The notes below the pieces were generated by a model. The model was not told the DNA's origin and did no database searches. It was given only the letters and a program-made list of their open reading frames with translations. A DNA stretch of 61,100 bases, the filler included, from Syncephalis fuscata S228 (Eukaryota; Fungi; Zoopagomycota): the NCBI GenBank assembly GCA_025786725.1. It is 3 parts of 3 records of this genome, joined end to end, with 100 filler letters (N's around TTAATTAATTAA, not from the genome) between each part and the next. Parts side by side here need not be neighbours in the genome. Positions count along the whole stretch, not along the records: positions 13,500 to 38,924 come from JAHLTZ010000120.1; 2 more parts are not named here. One strand, given 5' to 3'. Every line of letters starts with the position of its first letter. Position 1 is the stretch's first letter. The translations under genes and the position numbers were made by a program. Positions 25,051-36,420 of the stretch are shown piece after piece.

Positions 25051-25345
25051 CTTACCGGCACGGGCCCTCTCCAATAGTATTAACGGTATTGTATAAACGT
25101 GTGTTGCACGTGCCAATATCATTTATTTCTGGTCATATGAAAATTATTACTAGCACGAGAGCTTTTTATGATCATAAAAAGGGTATTGTTGCGCACATCA
25201 AGTCATTTTACTTGTGATTACACGCCATTTTTAATATTACCATTTTACTACTTTTTGTTATTCAACTACTACTACTACTACTACTGCTGTTACTCTTATA
25301 TTATCGTTACTATCGACATAAACTCGTGTATTCGTTCGATTAAAG

Positions 25346-26263
25346 ATGCGTTTTATTGCTACAAGTTATTCTATGCTGCTGGTGGCATTGCTGCAAGCAA
25401 ACGCAAATCCTATTGTCAATTCTAAAATCGGCACGGCTCTGCCTGTGCATGCCATTCATTTTACTTCACGCCGTCTGCTGTCTACAACTAAAAATGATCA
25501 TGATTCTCGGTTAACATTATCTCCACAGTCTGTCCGATTCACTGTCCGCTCGTTGCCTGTGACTGTAAAATCTTTAGGACTACCTCCAATTCAACAACCG
25601 CCACCACCACAGCCAGACTTGCCGGCAAATGTTAAAGCCACAGCAGTGTACAACTCGATTGCTTCGGTGTTTGACTCCACAATCAAATATACGTCGATAG
25701 TGGATCACATGGCCGAAATAACAGCAAAAGCCGTGTGTAACACTATACAATTAGGCAGTAGCCGTCCTAATCTACCCGCATCTATGACGCAATACATCCG
25801 CGACGTCTGTAATACCGTAGCTAATACTTTGCCAAAATCGTTGGCAAATTCGGTCGCACTCGTCACCGGCCAAACAACCTACAATCTTTTAAAGCCCAAG
25901 ACCGCTACCAATGACTGGCCAGGTCCTCAGCAATTGACGAAATCTTTGCCTACTAGTGAAGCGCATTATACTGTATCATTTTTCCTTCGCTGGACTATTG
26001 GCCAACAGGCACGAAATACCGTTAACCACGTGCTGAAACAAATTGTTCAAACGTGGCCATTTAGCCATTACGACAATCTAAGACCTGTTAATTGCGGCCT
26101 AATGAACAACATCGATTGTCAGTGGCTACGAACTACGATGGATAGCAAGCTGACTATGGTTCAGCAATCGCTGCAGCGGAGTATCGATAGTATATTAACA
26201 CCGCATTTGGAGAAGTTTAAAAACGACGCCAGTGATGCCGTCAGTAGTGCTTTGTCCGACTAA
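25346..26263 (+). CDS. Secreted hypothetical protein (305 aa, intronless)
   Basis: Signal peptide MRFIATSYSMLLVALLQANA-NP; Pro-rich linker; 4 Cys. Confidence 0.8.
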   Translation: MRFIATSYSMLLVALLQANANPIVNSKIGTALPVHAIHFTSRRLLSTTKNDHDSRLTLSPQSVRFTVRSLPVTVKSLGLPPIQQPPPPQPDLPANVKATAVYNSIASVFDSTIKYTSIVDHMAEITAKAVCNTIQLGSSRPNLPASMTQYIRDVCNTVANTLPKSLANSVALVTGQTTYNLLKPKTATNDWPGPQQLTKSLPTSEAHYTVSFFLRWTIGQQARNTVNHVLKQIVQTWPFSHYDNLRPVNCGLMNNIDCQWLRTTMDSKLTMVQQSLQRSIDSILTPHLEKFKNDASDAVSSALSD

Positions 26264-26581
26264 CTCCAGCTAGACAGCTACAATCTCATTTCTGATAATC
26301 ACATGTGATGCGCATTAATAAATGATTAGATTATTGTTCATGTGATATTGTAAATGTGTATCTTCAAGTAATACAACAACATCCGCGTGTTTCCCTTTTA
26401 GGCAGCATCCGCTTTTGCTTTTTTTTGTCATTCCGATACCCCGCTCAACTTAAAATGGAGTCTGAAAACGAAATGTACAAGGAGCCATTTATTCGTTACA
26501 CGATTCTTTACGTTTGCCGCACTAACTCTTTTTCTAAACGACGCTGGTCACCGTTCAGTTTTACTAAGTTAAACTACAGTT

Positions 26582-28306
26582 ATGATGAAAACATGGCACA
26601 TTATAGCTATTTTTATGCTTACTACACAGAATTTTTTAGCTGTATTGGTTTATTCTACTCTTAGTATCCAGTCTGCTGTTGATGCTGCTTCTGCTGATGT
26701 TAAAAAATTCAATATGGAACCTATTTTACCAAAGCCAAACGAACCTATTTTGCCAAAGCCAAACTATAGTAGCCAATTTAAAAATCTGGTCAACACAGGC
26801 AAATACTTGCCAACAAGAGCATTAGGTTACTCTCGTGACAAGTATAACTCTGCAGTCCAAGGCGTGCTGGATTCAATTCGACCGCTGCTTATCGCAGAAA
26901 TTCCCTCTTCGCTTGGTATTTCAAAACAGTATATTGCTAATATGCTTCTAAAAAACTTTGGGCAAATATTGGCCCGTTTACTGGATGTGGCACCGATGGG
27001 GACAATGCCGGAAAACTATAGACCAAAGCGACTAGGCTCAGTAATATCCGATGCCGTTTTACCATTTGTCGGTATACCAGGCAATATTAAACCAAGTAAG
27101 AAAATGCCTGGTGAATTTCCTCCTCCCCAATTACCGCCTCGACCAAATGGTCACCCAACACAAGCATCTAGCAATCAAATAAGCACAAATGCACCGCAAT
27201 CTTTTATTTCAAACCTATCAAATTCTTTCAAAACAGTTTTTGGTATACCTGCAAATACCGCTACTAGTGATAAAATGCCAGGCAGCTTACCACCACCAAA
27301 ACTACCGTCACGCCTTGCTGAAACAAACGTGCAAAACGCACAAGGTGCTAAGGATCAACAAAAAGCACCAGTACAAAATGAGCATGCTACAGAAACTTCA
27401 AGCAGCATGCCTGGAGGATGGGTAGAAGGCCCTCGGCTTTATCGTCGCAACTTTCTAGATCAAGTCAAGACCAAAGTATTGTCGCTGATCCACAAAATTG
27501 TTTCCACTGACGCTGAACAAATTATTACTTTGTGTAATGAAAAGTTTGATAGTGTTATGACCGATTTTCTGGCTACCAATATTCTTGCACATATGAAAGA
27601 AAGACTTACATGGGCTCCTGATAAACGACTTCCCAATCCAATGATATTGGCAAGGCTAGACAATAATGCGGAGGTACAGGAAATACAAAAAACACAAGGA
27701 AATTTGGATCAAAATGCAAACGGCCAAGGAGAATCTACTCAACAAACGCAAATAGCATTAGGTAAACGTAAAACACTTTTACGAAACTTAATCATGCGCT
27801 CAGTTGATTCTATTTTCTTTCAACTGGATCCTGATATTAAGTCTATTGTCAAAAAAACCACTAACAATGCAATGGAAGTATTTCCTTGGTTAATATACAA
27901 CGTTGTATTAGATACCATAGAGAAATATACGGGTATTTGCAAAGGATTTAAACGACCAGATCTTGGCAACTACGCTAACCAAGCAATGGATATCGGAAGC
28001 AATGTATTAAAATGGTCGGGCAAAATAATAGTCCAATTGTACCATAGTTCAGGTCTTGCAAGCTCTGACAACAAGACTTTTCAAACTATCCGCCAGCTTG
28101 CCATCGACAATCCGAATGTGTGTGGTTTGATACGGCAACACCTAGGTAACACTTATAAGCTACTCAATTTCATGATAATTGTGCAATTTGAATCAGTAAT
28201 CAATTTGTTATCCAAGGAAATGCATGTGCTCACGGTCAAGGTGCTTAAAATGAATGTACTTCGTAAAGTTCATGTATTTCTACCCATATTCCCTGATCAG
28301 TTTTAA
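26582..28306 (+). CDS. Secreted protein, paralog family member A (574 aa)
   Basis: Hydrophobic N-terminus; shares KYN, RLTW..LD and C-terminal KVHVFLPIFPDQF with 29698 and 32217. Confidence 0.85.
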   Translation: MMKTWHIIAIFMLTTQNFLAVLVYSTLSIQSAVDAASADVKKFNMEPILPKPNEPILPKPNYSSQFKNLVNTGKYLPTRALGYSRDKYNSAVQGVLDSIRPLLIAEIPSSLGISKQYIANMLLKNFGQILARLLDVAPMGTMPENYRPKRLGSVISDAVLPFVGIPGNIKPSKKMPGEFPPPQLPPRPNGHPTQASSNQISTNAPQSFISNLSNSFKTVFGIPANTATSDKMPGSLPPPKLPSRLAETNVQNAQGAKDQQKAPVQNEHATETSSSMPGGWVEGPRLYRRNFLDQVKTKVLSLIHKIVSTDAEQIITLCNEKFDSVMTDFLATNILAHMKERLTWAPDKRLPNPMILARLDNNAEVQEIQKTQGNLDQNANGQGESTQQTQIALGKRKTLLRNLIMRSVDSIFFQLDPDIKSIVKKTTNNAMEVFPWLIYNVVLDTIEKYTGICKGFKRPDLGNYANQAMDIGSNVLKWSGKIIVQLYHSSGLASSDNKTFQTIRQLAIDNPNVCGLIRQHLGNTYKLLNFMIIVQFESVINLLSKEMHVLTVKVLKMNVLRKVHVFLPIFPDQF

Positions 28307-28406
28307 TGTTTTCTATTTATTATTGTTCATTTATAAAAAATAAATATGTATTTTTATACGAATAGTTCTAATACTTTATTCTAAGTTTTATAGTCGCAAT
28401 CTATTG

Positions 28407-28796
28407 TTATTCCTCCGGTGAAATAAAACACTGATAGTTATGTGAGATAAAAAAGTCGTGATAATTATTGTTTTTGTCCAATGCAATAATATAGTTTGCA
28501 CTTTGCGTATACTCTATTGCTAAACAATCAATCAAGTAAAACTTTTTACTGTCTTTAGCACTGGCTGTGCATCCTAACATGGCATTTCTCCATTTTGTTG
28601 TCATAAATAGTTTTTCTTTTCCTTCGAGTATTACAGATTTTCCAATCGAATGCCTTCGACTCATCAAGCTAGCACATGGGTTTGACTTTTGTGATATACT
28701 TGGATCAAGTACTATTGCTGCAGAAGCTTGGTCAGTATTGTAAAGCTGAAGCAAAAGAGCACAGCTCATGACAAGAATGCTGCTAAGACGATTCAT
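28407..28796 (-). CDS. Small secreted Cys-containing protein (129 aa)
   Basis: Signal peptide MNRLSSILVMSCALLLQLYNTDQASA; 4 Cys in the mature region. Confidence 0.7.
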   Translation of the reverse strand: MNRLSSILVMSCALLLQLYNTDQASAAIVLDPSISQKSNPCASLMSRRHSIGKSVILEGKEKLFMTTKWRNAMLGCTASAKDSKKFYLIDCLAIEYTQSANYIIALDKNNNYHDFFISHNYQCFISPEE

Positions 28797-29697
28797 ATTT
28801 CTAGCAGTGATAATATTCGTAATAATGGTTTAAAAATGAACAGGTTAAAAATGAGCAAATTTTTTTTGTAAAGCTATATATATATACATTCCAACAAATC
28901 CATATTAATTAGATGTTATTTTTTACAATCACGCCCAATTTATTTAAGCCGATGACGATTTGAATTGAATTAATTAGGTTGTGTGCTTTACCACTATAAC
29001 CTTTTATGGCAAAGAGCACGCTAAAGCACGTGTCGGCCATACAAATTGCAACTTGTCAAAAAAAGAAATTATAGAGCACATCAATTATTCTTTTGAACAA
29101 TCTATTCAAAATTGTATATTCGTGCTGCAACGTGTTTGAATATCAAATCAAGCAGCAATAGTTACACAATGACCTTACAATGATTGAAATAAAGCTAGAA
29201 TGCAACTAATTTCATGGTTCAAAATACTGGGTACATTAAGTGAGTAATAAATGTTAGACTCTAGTATATTGCCACAAATTCAATTTATTCACACAATCAC
29301 TATTCAAATATGTATACGTACAAAAGATAAACTCCGTCAAATTCTAAATTTAGCAAACGATATACAATAAATAATTATTTTGTAGAGCTTAATGATCGAC
29401 TTGGGCTATACATAATTGGAATTACCAATGTGGTAAAAATTGCACGTTGATGCGCCTTCTAATTCCAGCAGATTCAAAGTATTATTGAACAGTACAAAAC
29501 GATTCAATAAAAACACATTTATTCTCTTTTATCTTATCTTTCCATATTGTCGTCGTCAGCAACGTTTGCAATCCTATATATTGCATAAGTACCCATACTG
29601 TCCTAACAACAAACATCATTCTACACATTATTTCGTTGCGTCTTAGTGCATGCCTGTACTGAGTTGCTTTTAAACTATTCTAAAGAGATTTAGGATA

Positions 29698-31239
29698 ATG
29701 CTCAATTTTAACTTTAGTTTATTTCTATGTATTTTTGTTTTTGTATTCTTTATCGTCTATGCTGTTGATGCCAGTTCGGACTATACCGAGCAACAAGCTG
29801 CTTCAGCTACAGCACATCATATCAAATCATGCACTGCTTTTGAACCCAATCCCAATATGTTGCCAAATAAATATCATCGGCTTTATCCACGATTTACAGG
29901 CCCACGCCAAAAATACAATCAAATGGTTGGACGTAATCTAGAACCCGCTCGGCCACATCTGGTAAAGCTGTGCCTACAAGGCCTCAAGTCTGCCAAAAGA
30001 TCTATCATTAAGAAAGTTCCGGAACTATTAAAGCTGATTCTCATCGATGTGTTAAATGTTACTCCACGCTCCAAGGCGTTGAATAAACCTAAAAAAGAGA
30101 ATAAGGTTAAAGAAGCATTCAGAAGACAAAAAAGTAAACTAAAGGAAGCATTTTCAAGTATGAGAGAACATAAAGACAGCGAGGGAGAACAACCTGGGAC
30201 AAGTGACCAAAGCGAAATCGCTTTACCAAATACAATAGGAGGATCAAGTATTAAATCTGGATCAAGCAAGAGAGAATCGCTACAATCTGCTGATAAAGCG
30301 TCCACGGTAATGCAATCAACCATATATCCCATCTTGATCACAGTGATATCCAAATCTATCAATTTATTTCTTGGACGGCTGCAAGAAGATACCACTCAGT
30401 CGATAGCTGATAATGCTGCAGAATTAATTCTGTATCGCATTTATCTTAAACTAAGCTGGTCACCGCAAACAGCTGTTCCTAATGCCGTTGTCGTTACTAA
30501 TCTAGACTCTGGCCCCGAAGCACGCCGCCTGGAACAGCTGCGTGCAGCCATGAGGTCTGGTACGGCTGTTGCAGTTGATATTGAGCGTCGTTCTGAACCT
30601 GGCCCGTCAATACCACTAAGTGATTTAAACACTCATGACCAGCAAACTACAGTACCCGACCAGACCCGTGCAGCGGCTCCTGTGAGCGGTATACGTGGTG
30701 CAATACGAAAAATAGTCGACAAAGCACTAGACAAACTAATGAATTGGCTTTACAAAGATATCGATATAATTATTGATGGCACATTTCGCGCATCAGTTGA
30801 AGATATTCTAAGAACAGTACATTCAGGAGTCATGGACATTACTGAGGATCATCTTACGTTTTGTGAACGTATCATCAGACCCTCTTATACTCTAAAATGG
30901 ACTAAACAAATGATCGGTATGGGCTTTAAAATCATGAGCTGGCCAGGCGAAAAGGTGCTTGATTGGTGGGAGAGCTATAGAAAGCTTGCCACCGATAGCA
31001 CAGCAGCAACATCAATCGCCAAAGAGCAAGTTGATTCCGCCTATACGTGCAGCCAAGTCAACAGTTGGATGGGTACCATATCCACCAATCTGCAGTCTTC
31101 CATGTCCTACCAGCTGAATAAGGTTTTGGATGGCATTATTGCAGACGTTCAACGAAAGGCGCGCAAAAGTTCTCGACGCTTTTTTGAGCGTAAAATCCAT
31201 GTGTTTATTCCTGTTTTTCCCGAGCGTTTCTCTGGATAA
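29698..31239 (+). CDS. Secreted protein, paralog family member B (513 aa)
   Basis: Signal peptide; PRQKYNQMV, KLSW..PNAVVVTNLD, WPGEK, KIHVFIPVFPERF. Confidence 0.85.
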   Translation: MLNFNFSLFLCIFVFVFFIVYAVDASSDYTEQQAASATAHHIKSCTAFEPNPNMLPNKYHRLYPRFTGPRQKYNQMVGRNLEPARPHLVKLCLQGLKSAKRSIIKKVPELLKLILIDVLNVTPRSKALNKPKKENKVKEAFRRQKSKLKEAFSSMREHKDSEGEQPGTSDQSEIALPNTIGGSSIKSGSSKRESLQSADKASTVMQSTIYPILITVISKSINLFLGRLQEDTTQSIADNAAELILYRIYLKLSWSPQTAVPNAVVVTNLDSGPEARRLEQLRAAMRSGTAVAVDIERRSEPGPSIPLSDLNTHDQQTTVPDQTRAAAPVSGIRGAIRKIVDKALDKLMNWLYKDIDIIIDGTFRASVEDILRTVHSGVMDITEDHLTFCERIIRPSYTLKWTKQMIGMGFKIMSWPGEKVLDWWESYRKLATDSTAATSIAKEQVDSAYTCSQVNSWMGTISTNLQSSMSYQLNKVLDGIIADVQRKARKSSRRFFERKIHVFIPVFPERFSG

Positions 31240-32216
31240 ATACACAGGTATGGATTCAAGGACTATGCTATTCTTAAGTAGTTTACAACACTAAATATTT
31301 TATTCAATTGCTTCAAGCCCTCCACGCACCTTTAACCACATTTACGCATAAATTGTGTAATTAATAATGACATTCCAATTGACAAAATAAAACAATTAAT
31401 AAACAATATTTGCGTGAAAATAGAAGCAAAAAGATAGCTAATTTTATTTTTTAATAAAGCTAATCAGCTATATAGCTAATGGCTATGTAGATGAAAATTG
31501 GTGTCGAGAATATGAATAAAAAGTATTCATTGTGAATGTAAAAAAGCGAAAAGAACCGAATAATTTGTAGCACCGCATTTGGTAATACAAATCTGTAATA
31601 CTCAATCGCAACGTTTTAGTTTAGCCATAAAGCGACACAACTAGAGGCGACTGTTTCAAAAACACAATAGTCCAATGTTTGATTCACGTGTACGTTACTG
31701 TTTACATACAGATTATATCACATTGGCATTTACTAATGATGGGTCCTGCTGCGACTAGTAAACATTTAGACACGTATTCTGTATATCTCGAGGTAACTAC
31801 ATCGCGATTTACGTCGACACAGTGTTTTATACACAGGAAACTGGCAAAAGTGCCTATTAGTTTCATTTTCCAAACAGCAAATCATCATTATTACTAAATT
31901 TAGTAATTATTATTTCATGGAGTTGGCAAAGATTGGAACGCTGTTGTATGTTGTCAAAAAGGCATTTTTAGAAACAAATTCATGTGCTTTATAGAACAGA
32001 AAAGAAATAAATACAACAATCGCCTGAACGACTATCAAATAGCTCATTATACCTACATTTGAAGCGCCGTCATCACGTTATCTCCAGTCACTATTCACTT
32101 CTTCCAAAAAATCACCAAAACAAGTTATTGCTTTGCTAATAATATCTTTTTATCGTTAAAATACGACGTACTATTTTACACACACAAGCTGTGTTTTACA
32201 TATTAGTTAAACTAAT

Positions 32217-33779
32217 ATGAAGCTTACATCTCATATTGCCTATTTGGCTGCTTTTTCGGTCATTCTAATTTTCACACTAGCATTGCCTGTTTACTCTATC
32301 GACACAAGCAGTGTTGCAAAATTAAATGGAAAAGAATCTCAGGAACTGCCTGTAAAGCGACTGGATCGCCGCGGCTTCATCTCAAGATTGCTAAATAGAC
32401 CACGTACCAAATATAACCAAATGATTGAACAGCTGGTAGAGCGCATCCGCAATCCACTTACGAATCAAATATTCAATTCGGTGAATGATTTTAGCATTAA
32501 ACTTTCAAACCAACTTCCTAGCGCATTGCAAGGTATACTTACGACAACACTAGTTGCAAGTCCAGGGTCTGCTTCTGCAACTACACCAGTTGCACCTACT
32601 CCAAAGTCTGTGCCACAAAAGCCAGCCGTCCAACCAAACACACCAGTGGTACCACCGGTTCAAGGTTTTAGAAGACTGTGGTCCCGCGGGGTGTCGTCTA
32701 TGCCTGGTGCATGGCCTGAATCGCCTGTCGATAGCAGTCCTATTCCAGATACAACAGTCCCCAGTAGTGCTGATTCAGCAGGAAAGCCACCAAAAATCAA
32801 TGCGCAGCCAAATACTTCTAACGCACCCCAAATAAAGCCAAGCGATTCGTCCGCTGCAGGAAGTGTATTATCAAGCAAACAAAGAATATATAACACATTA
32901 AATGGCGTACTTGGTAAAATCATTAATCCTGTAGTTTCACGCTGGCTTGAAGAAGTAAAGACATTTGTAACCAAGCATGTTTCAACCAATATTCTTATCC
33001 GTTTGAAGCAACGTCTTTCTTGGAAAACATCAAGCGAAGCACCAGAGGCTGTCGTTGTTTCTGGCCTTGATAATAGCCAGGATGGACGCGCGCTGGAAGC
33101 CGTCAAAGCCGAACTGAATGGTCAAACGCCAGTTACTCAGCCACCAAATCAGCATCGCATGCGTCGTGCCGATACTCAATTACCAGGAGCAGCGAATGGA
33201 AGCGCCACTTCTCAAACACAAGCCAAAAGCTCACGTATCCGTAGTATTTTGGGCGGTATTGCCAATCGCTCTTTGTCCAAGGTCGCTTATGGATTAAACC
33301 CGATGTCAACGCCATTACTGAAGGTGTTATTCGCTCAGCCTTAGAGGATATGTATGCCGCACTCTACAACAGTATTATTGGTGCTATTAAGACAATTACA
33401 ACTTGCTTACAGCTTCCAGAAATACAATTTGTGCGCAAACTTGCTAGTAATGTAGTGGAAACTGGCACTGCGGCAATTATGTGGCCTGGTGAGAAACTGG
33501 CCGAGTGGCGACGCAGACAATTAGGAGCCACCATCAGTCCTGTAGTCGTGCAAAGTGTTAAGCAAGATATGGCCAATGTACCTGATACTTGTAGCAGCAT
33601 TGCTATGCAAATGAACCAACACAAACAAGATATTTTAGCAAAATACATAATATTGTTGACCAGTTGTGCCCAGCTTAATTAAAGTGGTACAGCACATTAC
33701 CAACACCAATGTATGTAAGACGTTTGCCACGCAGATTAACACTGTTATACCAGTATTTCCTGAAAAACTTCCCGCGTAA
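32217..33779 (+). CDS. Secreted protein, paralog family member C, with apparent frameshifts near 33285 and 33640-33665
   Basis: Signal peptide; PRTKYNQMI, RLSW..PEAVVVSGLD; other frames continue LWIKPDVNAITEGVIRSALEDMY, WPGEK and QINTVIPVFPEKLPA*. Confidence 0.8.
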
Positions 33780-34186
33780 TAGACATTTTAATAAATATTG
33801 ATATGATCTAATAGCATTTTGCTATATAAAATTAAGATTTTTAAACTGCATTATCATTAGTTGCAATTATTATGCAAACAACAATATGTAACAAACCGTT
33901 GTATTGTAAACGTGTACTATTATTGGGGACAAATACTAATTAAATTATGTAGAGGTTTTACCAAACGTTTTTTGTTAGACTAAATCGTTACTAAATATAC
34001 ACAGATTGATAAGTATTATTTTATGCATGTCATTTTATTTTACAATTAAATACACAGAACAATATATACATATATAGTATTAAATAAAATAGTATCAATT
34101 TAAGCATGTAATCCACAGTGGGTCAAATGCCTGGCGATAATCATATTAAAGCACAAAATAGCAATTATTTTAATTAAACAAATATA

Positions 34187-35329
34187 TTAACAAAAAACAC
34201 CGTCGTCGGCAACTTCAAAAACAAACGAATCGCCCGTAACTTTACCATGCCGTGTAAGTAAACGTGCTTCAAACTGTGTACATGACAATAACATTCCCAT
34301 AGAGCTTGGCACCTCGTCAGACGATAGAAGCGATTCAATAGTTTCAGTAGTATTTGTACTTGTAGTTGTGCGTTCAAGAAGAAATAACCAAGTAACGGGT
34401 ATATCACGCCACCATCCAGGCCAAGCATCCATAGCGCTAACCAATCTAAATGAATCACCACGCGTTGGCGTTAGACTGTTTCCATAGCCAAGCCGTCGTT
34501 TAACCCAACGACGACTACTAGCAAATACGGCTAAGCTCCAATCAGTGGCAAGTCGTTTAAATTGGTCACGTATGGCCCGCGTCTCAACTGATTGCTCACC
34601 ACCACCTGATCCAGCGGCCGTTTTGTCACGCCAATAAAACGCATTCACCGGATCAACTAAAAGTGCGCCATAATCAAGCGCAGTTTCTTGACGTAATCGA
34701 TGTGGTAAGTCGTGCAATAATGCAAGCAGCTGTCCCGGCCCATTAACGCGACTCACCAAAATGTGATCCAGTGTTTTTTGAATAAATTCTTGACGTGCGC
34801 CTTTATAATCAACTAAATTATCGTAAGTATTTTCGTTATTGTTAGAAGTTGCTGTTATTAGTTCGGCGACTTCAAGACAGCGATCAAAATGCTGTCCTGC
34901 CAACAATTCGACACGACGCAAATCAAATTCTTGATGCATATCTATAAATATAGCCCCTTGGCCTCGACCGCCTATCTCGATAGCTTGCAAGTTAGACGTT
35001 GCTGTTGCTGTTGCTTCTTTAGCATTAGCGTCTAGCGGTGACTTTATGGCAACTGCGAATGTAGCCGGTAAAGCATAGACCAAGGCAATAAATAACAGCA
35101 GTTGAGATTTACCGGAATCTGGGCCGCCATGAAATAATAACACAGGAAATGGGATGCTTTGTTCCTGTTCATGGCTATCTGGCGCAGTATCGGCCAGTAA
35201 TCGTGCCAGTAGCTGATCTAGCATTGGCAAATGCAAGGGCAACAAGCAATCTTTCCAGGTATGTACACGCGAGTATATATCAAGTGCCGATTCATCTGAA
35301 ATTGCCGTTAGTAGCTCATTAACCGACAT
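34187..35329 (-). CDS. XRCC2: RAD51 paralog, XRCC2-like
   Basis: Walker A GGPDSGKS, AIFIDMHQEFDLRR, Walker B region LLVDPVNAFYWRDK; likely start MSVNELL at 35329. Confidence 0.8.
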   Translation of the reverse strand: MSVNELLTAISDESALDIYSRVHTWKDCLLPLHLPMLDQLLARLLADTAPDSHEQEQSIPFPVLLFHGGPDSGKSQLLLFIALVYALPATFAVAIKSPLDANAKEATATATSNLQAIEIGGRGQGAIFIDMHQEFDLRRVELLAGQHFDRCLEVAELITATSNNNENTYDNLVDYKGARQEFIQKTLDHILVSRVNGPGQLLALLHDLPHRLRQETALDYGALLVDPVNAFYWRDKTAAGSGGGEQSVETRAIRDQFKRLATDWSLAVFASSRRWVKRRLGYGNSLTPTRGDSFRLVSAMDAWPGWWRDIPVTWLFLLERTTTSTNTTETIESLLSSDEVPSSMGMLLSCTQFEARLLTRHGKVTGDSFVFEVADDGVFC

Positions 35330-36420
35330 TGAATATGAAAATTGAAATAAAATACGTAGAAATGGTAGTGATTTACTACTTTGACGACTAGCAATTGATT
35401 GTTTGATATAAAGCATAGATTACAGACAATAGATTGATAGAATGAAATGGTTCATTATTTTAATTATTTCAAACATTTTCAGACTGATTACAGATAAAAA
35501 TATTTATCAGAATGTACGTTAGAAACACACAATAGTCGGTAGGAGCCCATTTAATTTAGTAAGGTATAGTAATAATTGGTAAATTAAAATGCCAGGTTTT
35601 AAGTATAGATTAGTAGAATGTATTGCAAAAATGCACTGTAATAATCTATTACAAACGCCGGCATCAGTCATAGTACTAGACCAGAAAAGTAGGGCAAAGA
35701 TGAGAAGAACAATATAACACTGTACAAATATTAATACTTGGAAAAATACTAACGGTTGAAATTGCTCAAGTGGTAGAAAAAAGCAAAGACGATCGATGGA
35801 GAGGTAGCAATAAATATAGCCGACCCAGTCATCTTGTGGCTATATTCTGTCAAAGTCATTGTATACTTTGTTTTACTATAGATCTGCAGTGGCCTATAAC
35901 AAAAAACAAAGTATACAACGAGATTTCAACAACATATATTCAACGTAACACACAAATAAGTCAAAATGAATTTACTATGCTAATAAAGTCAAAATGATCG
36001 AAGTGAAGAAAGTGATTTGCAAAAAAGGTTAGATTACAAAAGAGCAATGCAAGTACATAGTGTAAATAGTGTTTGTACTTGACTAGTAGTCAGTCAACTA
36101 CTGATACTATTTAGATGGTATATATGGAGTGTACAAATATATACAATGGATATATGCTGTCAAGTGTAAAGAAAAAGAAAAGGAAATGTGATGACGTAGA
36201 TTGTGAGATTTGAGCCTGTCAGTCAATATTTATAAACAAAAGAGTTTGACTTATTAATAAATGGAGTGTAAATAATAAAAGTCGATCTACCCAACATGTC
36301 TCTACATCATAGAACAGATTAATAGTAAATGAATAAAGGTTATTTAACACAAAAAACACTCATTATTATAAAATATGTTCATCAATATAATAGCGAATGT
36401 ATTAAAAAATAGACGTTTTA

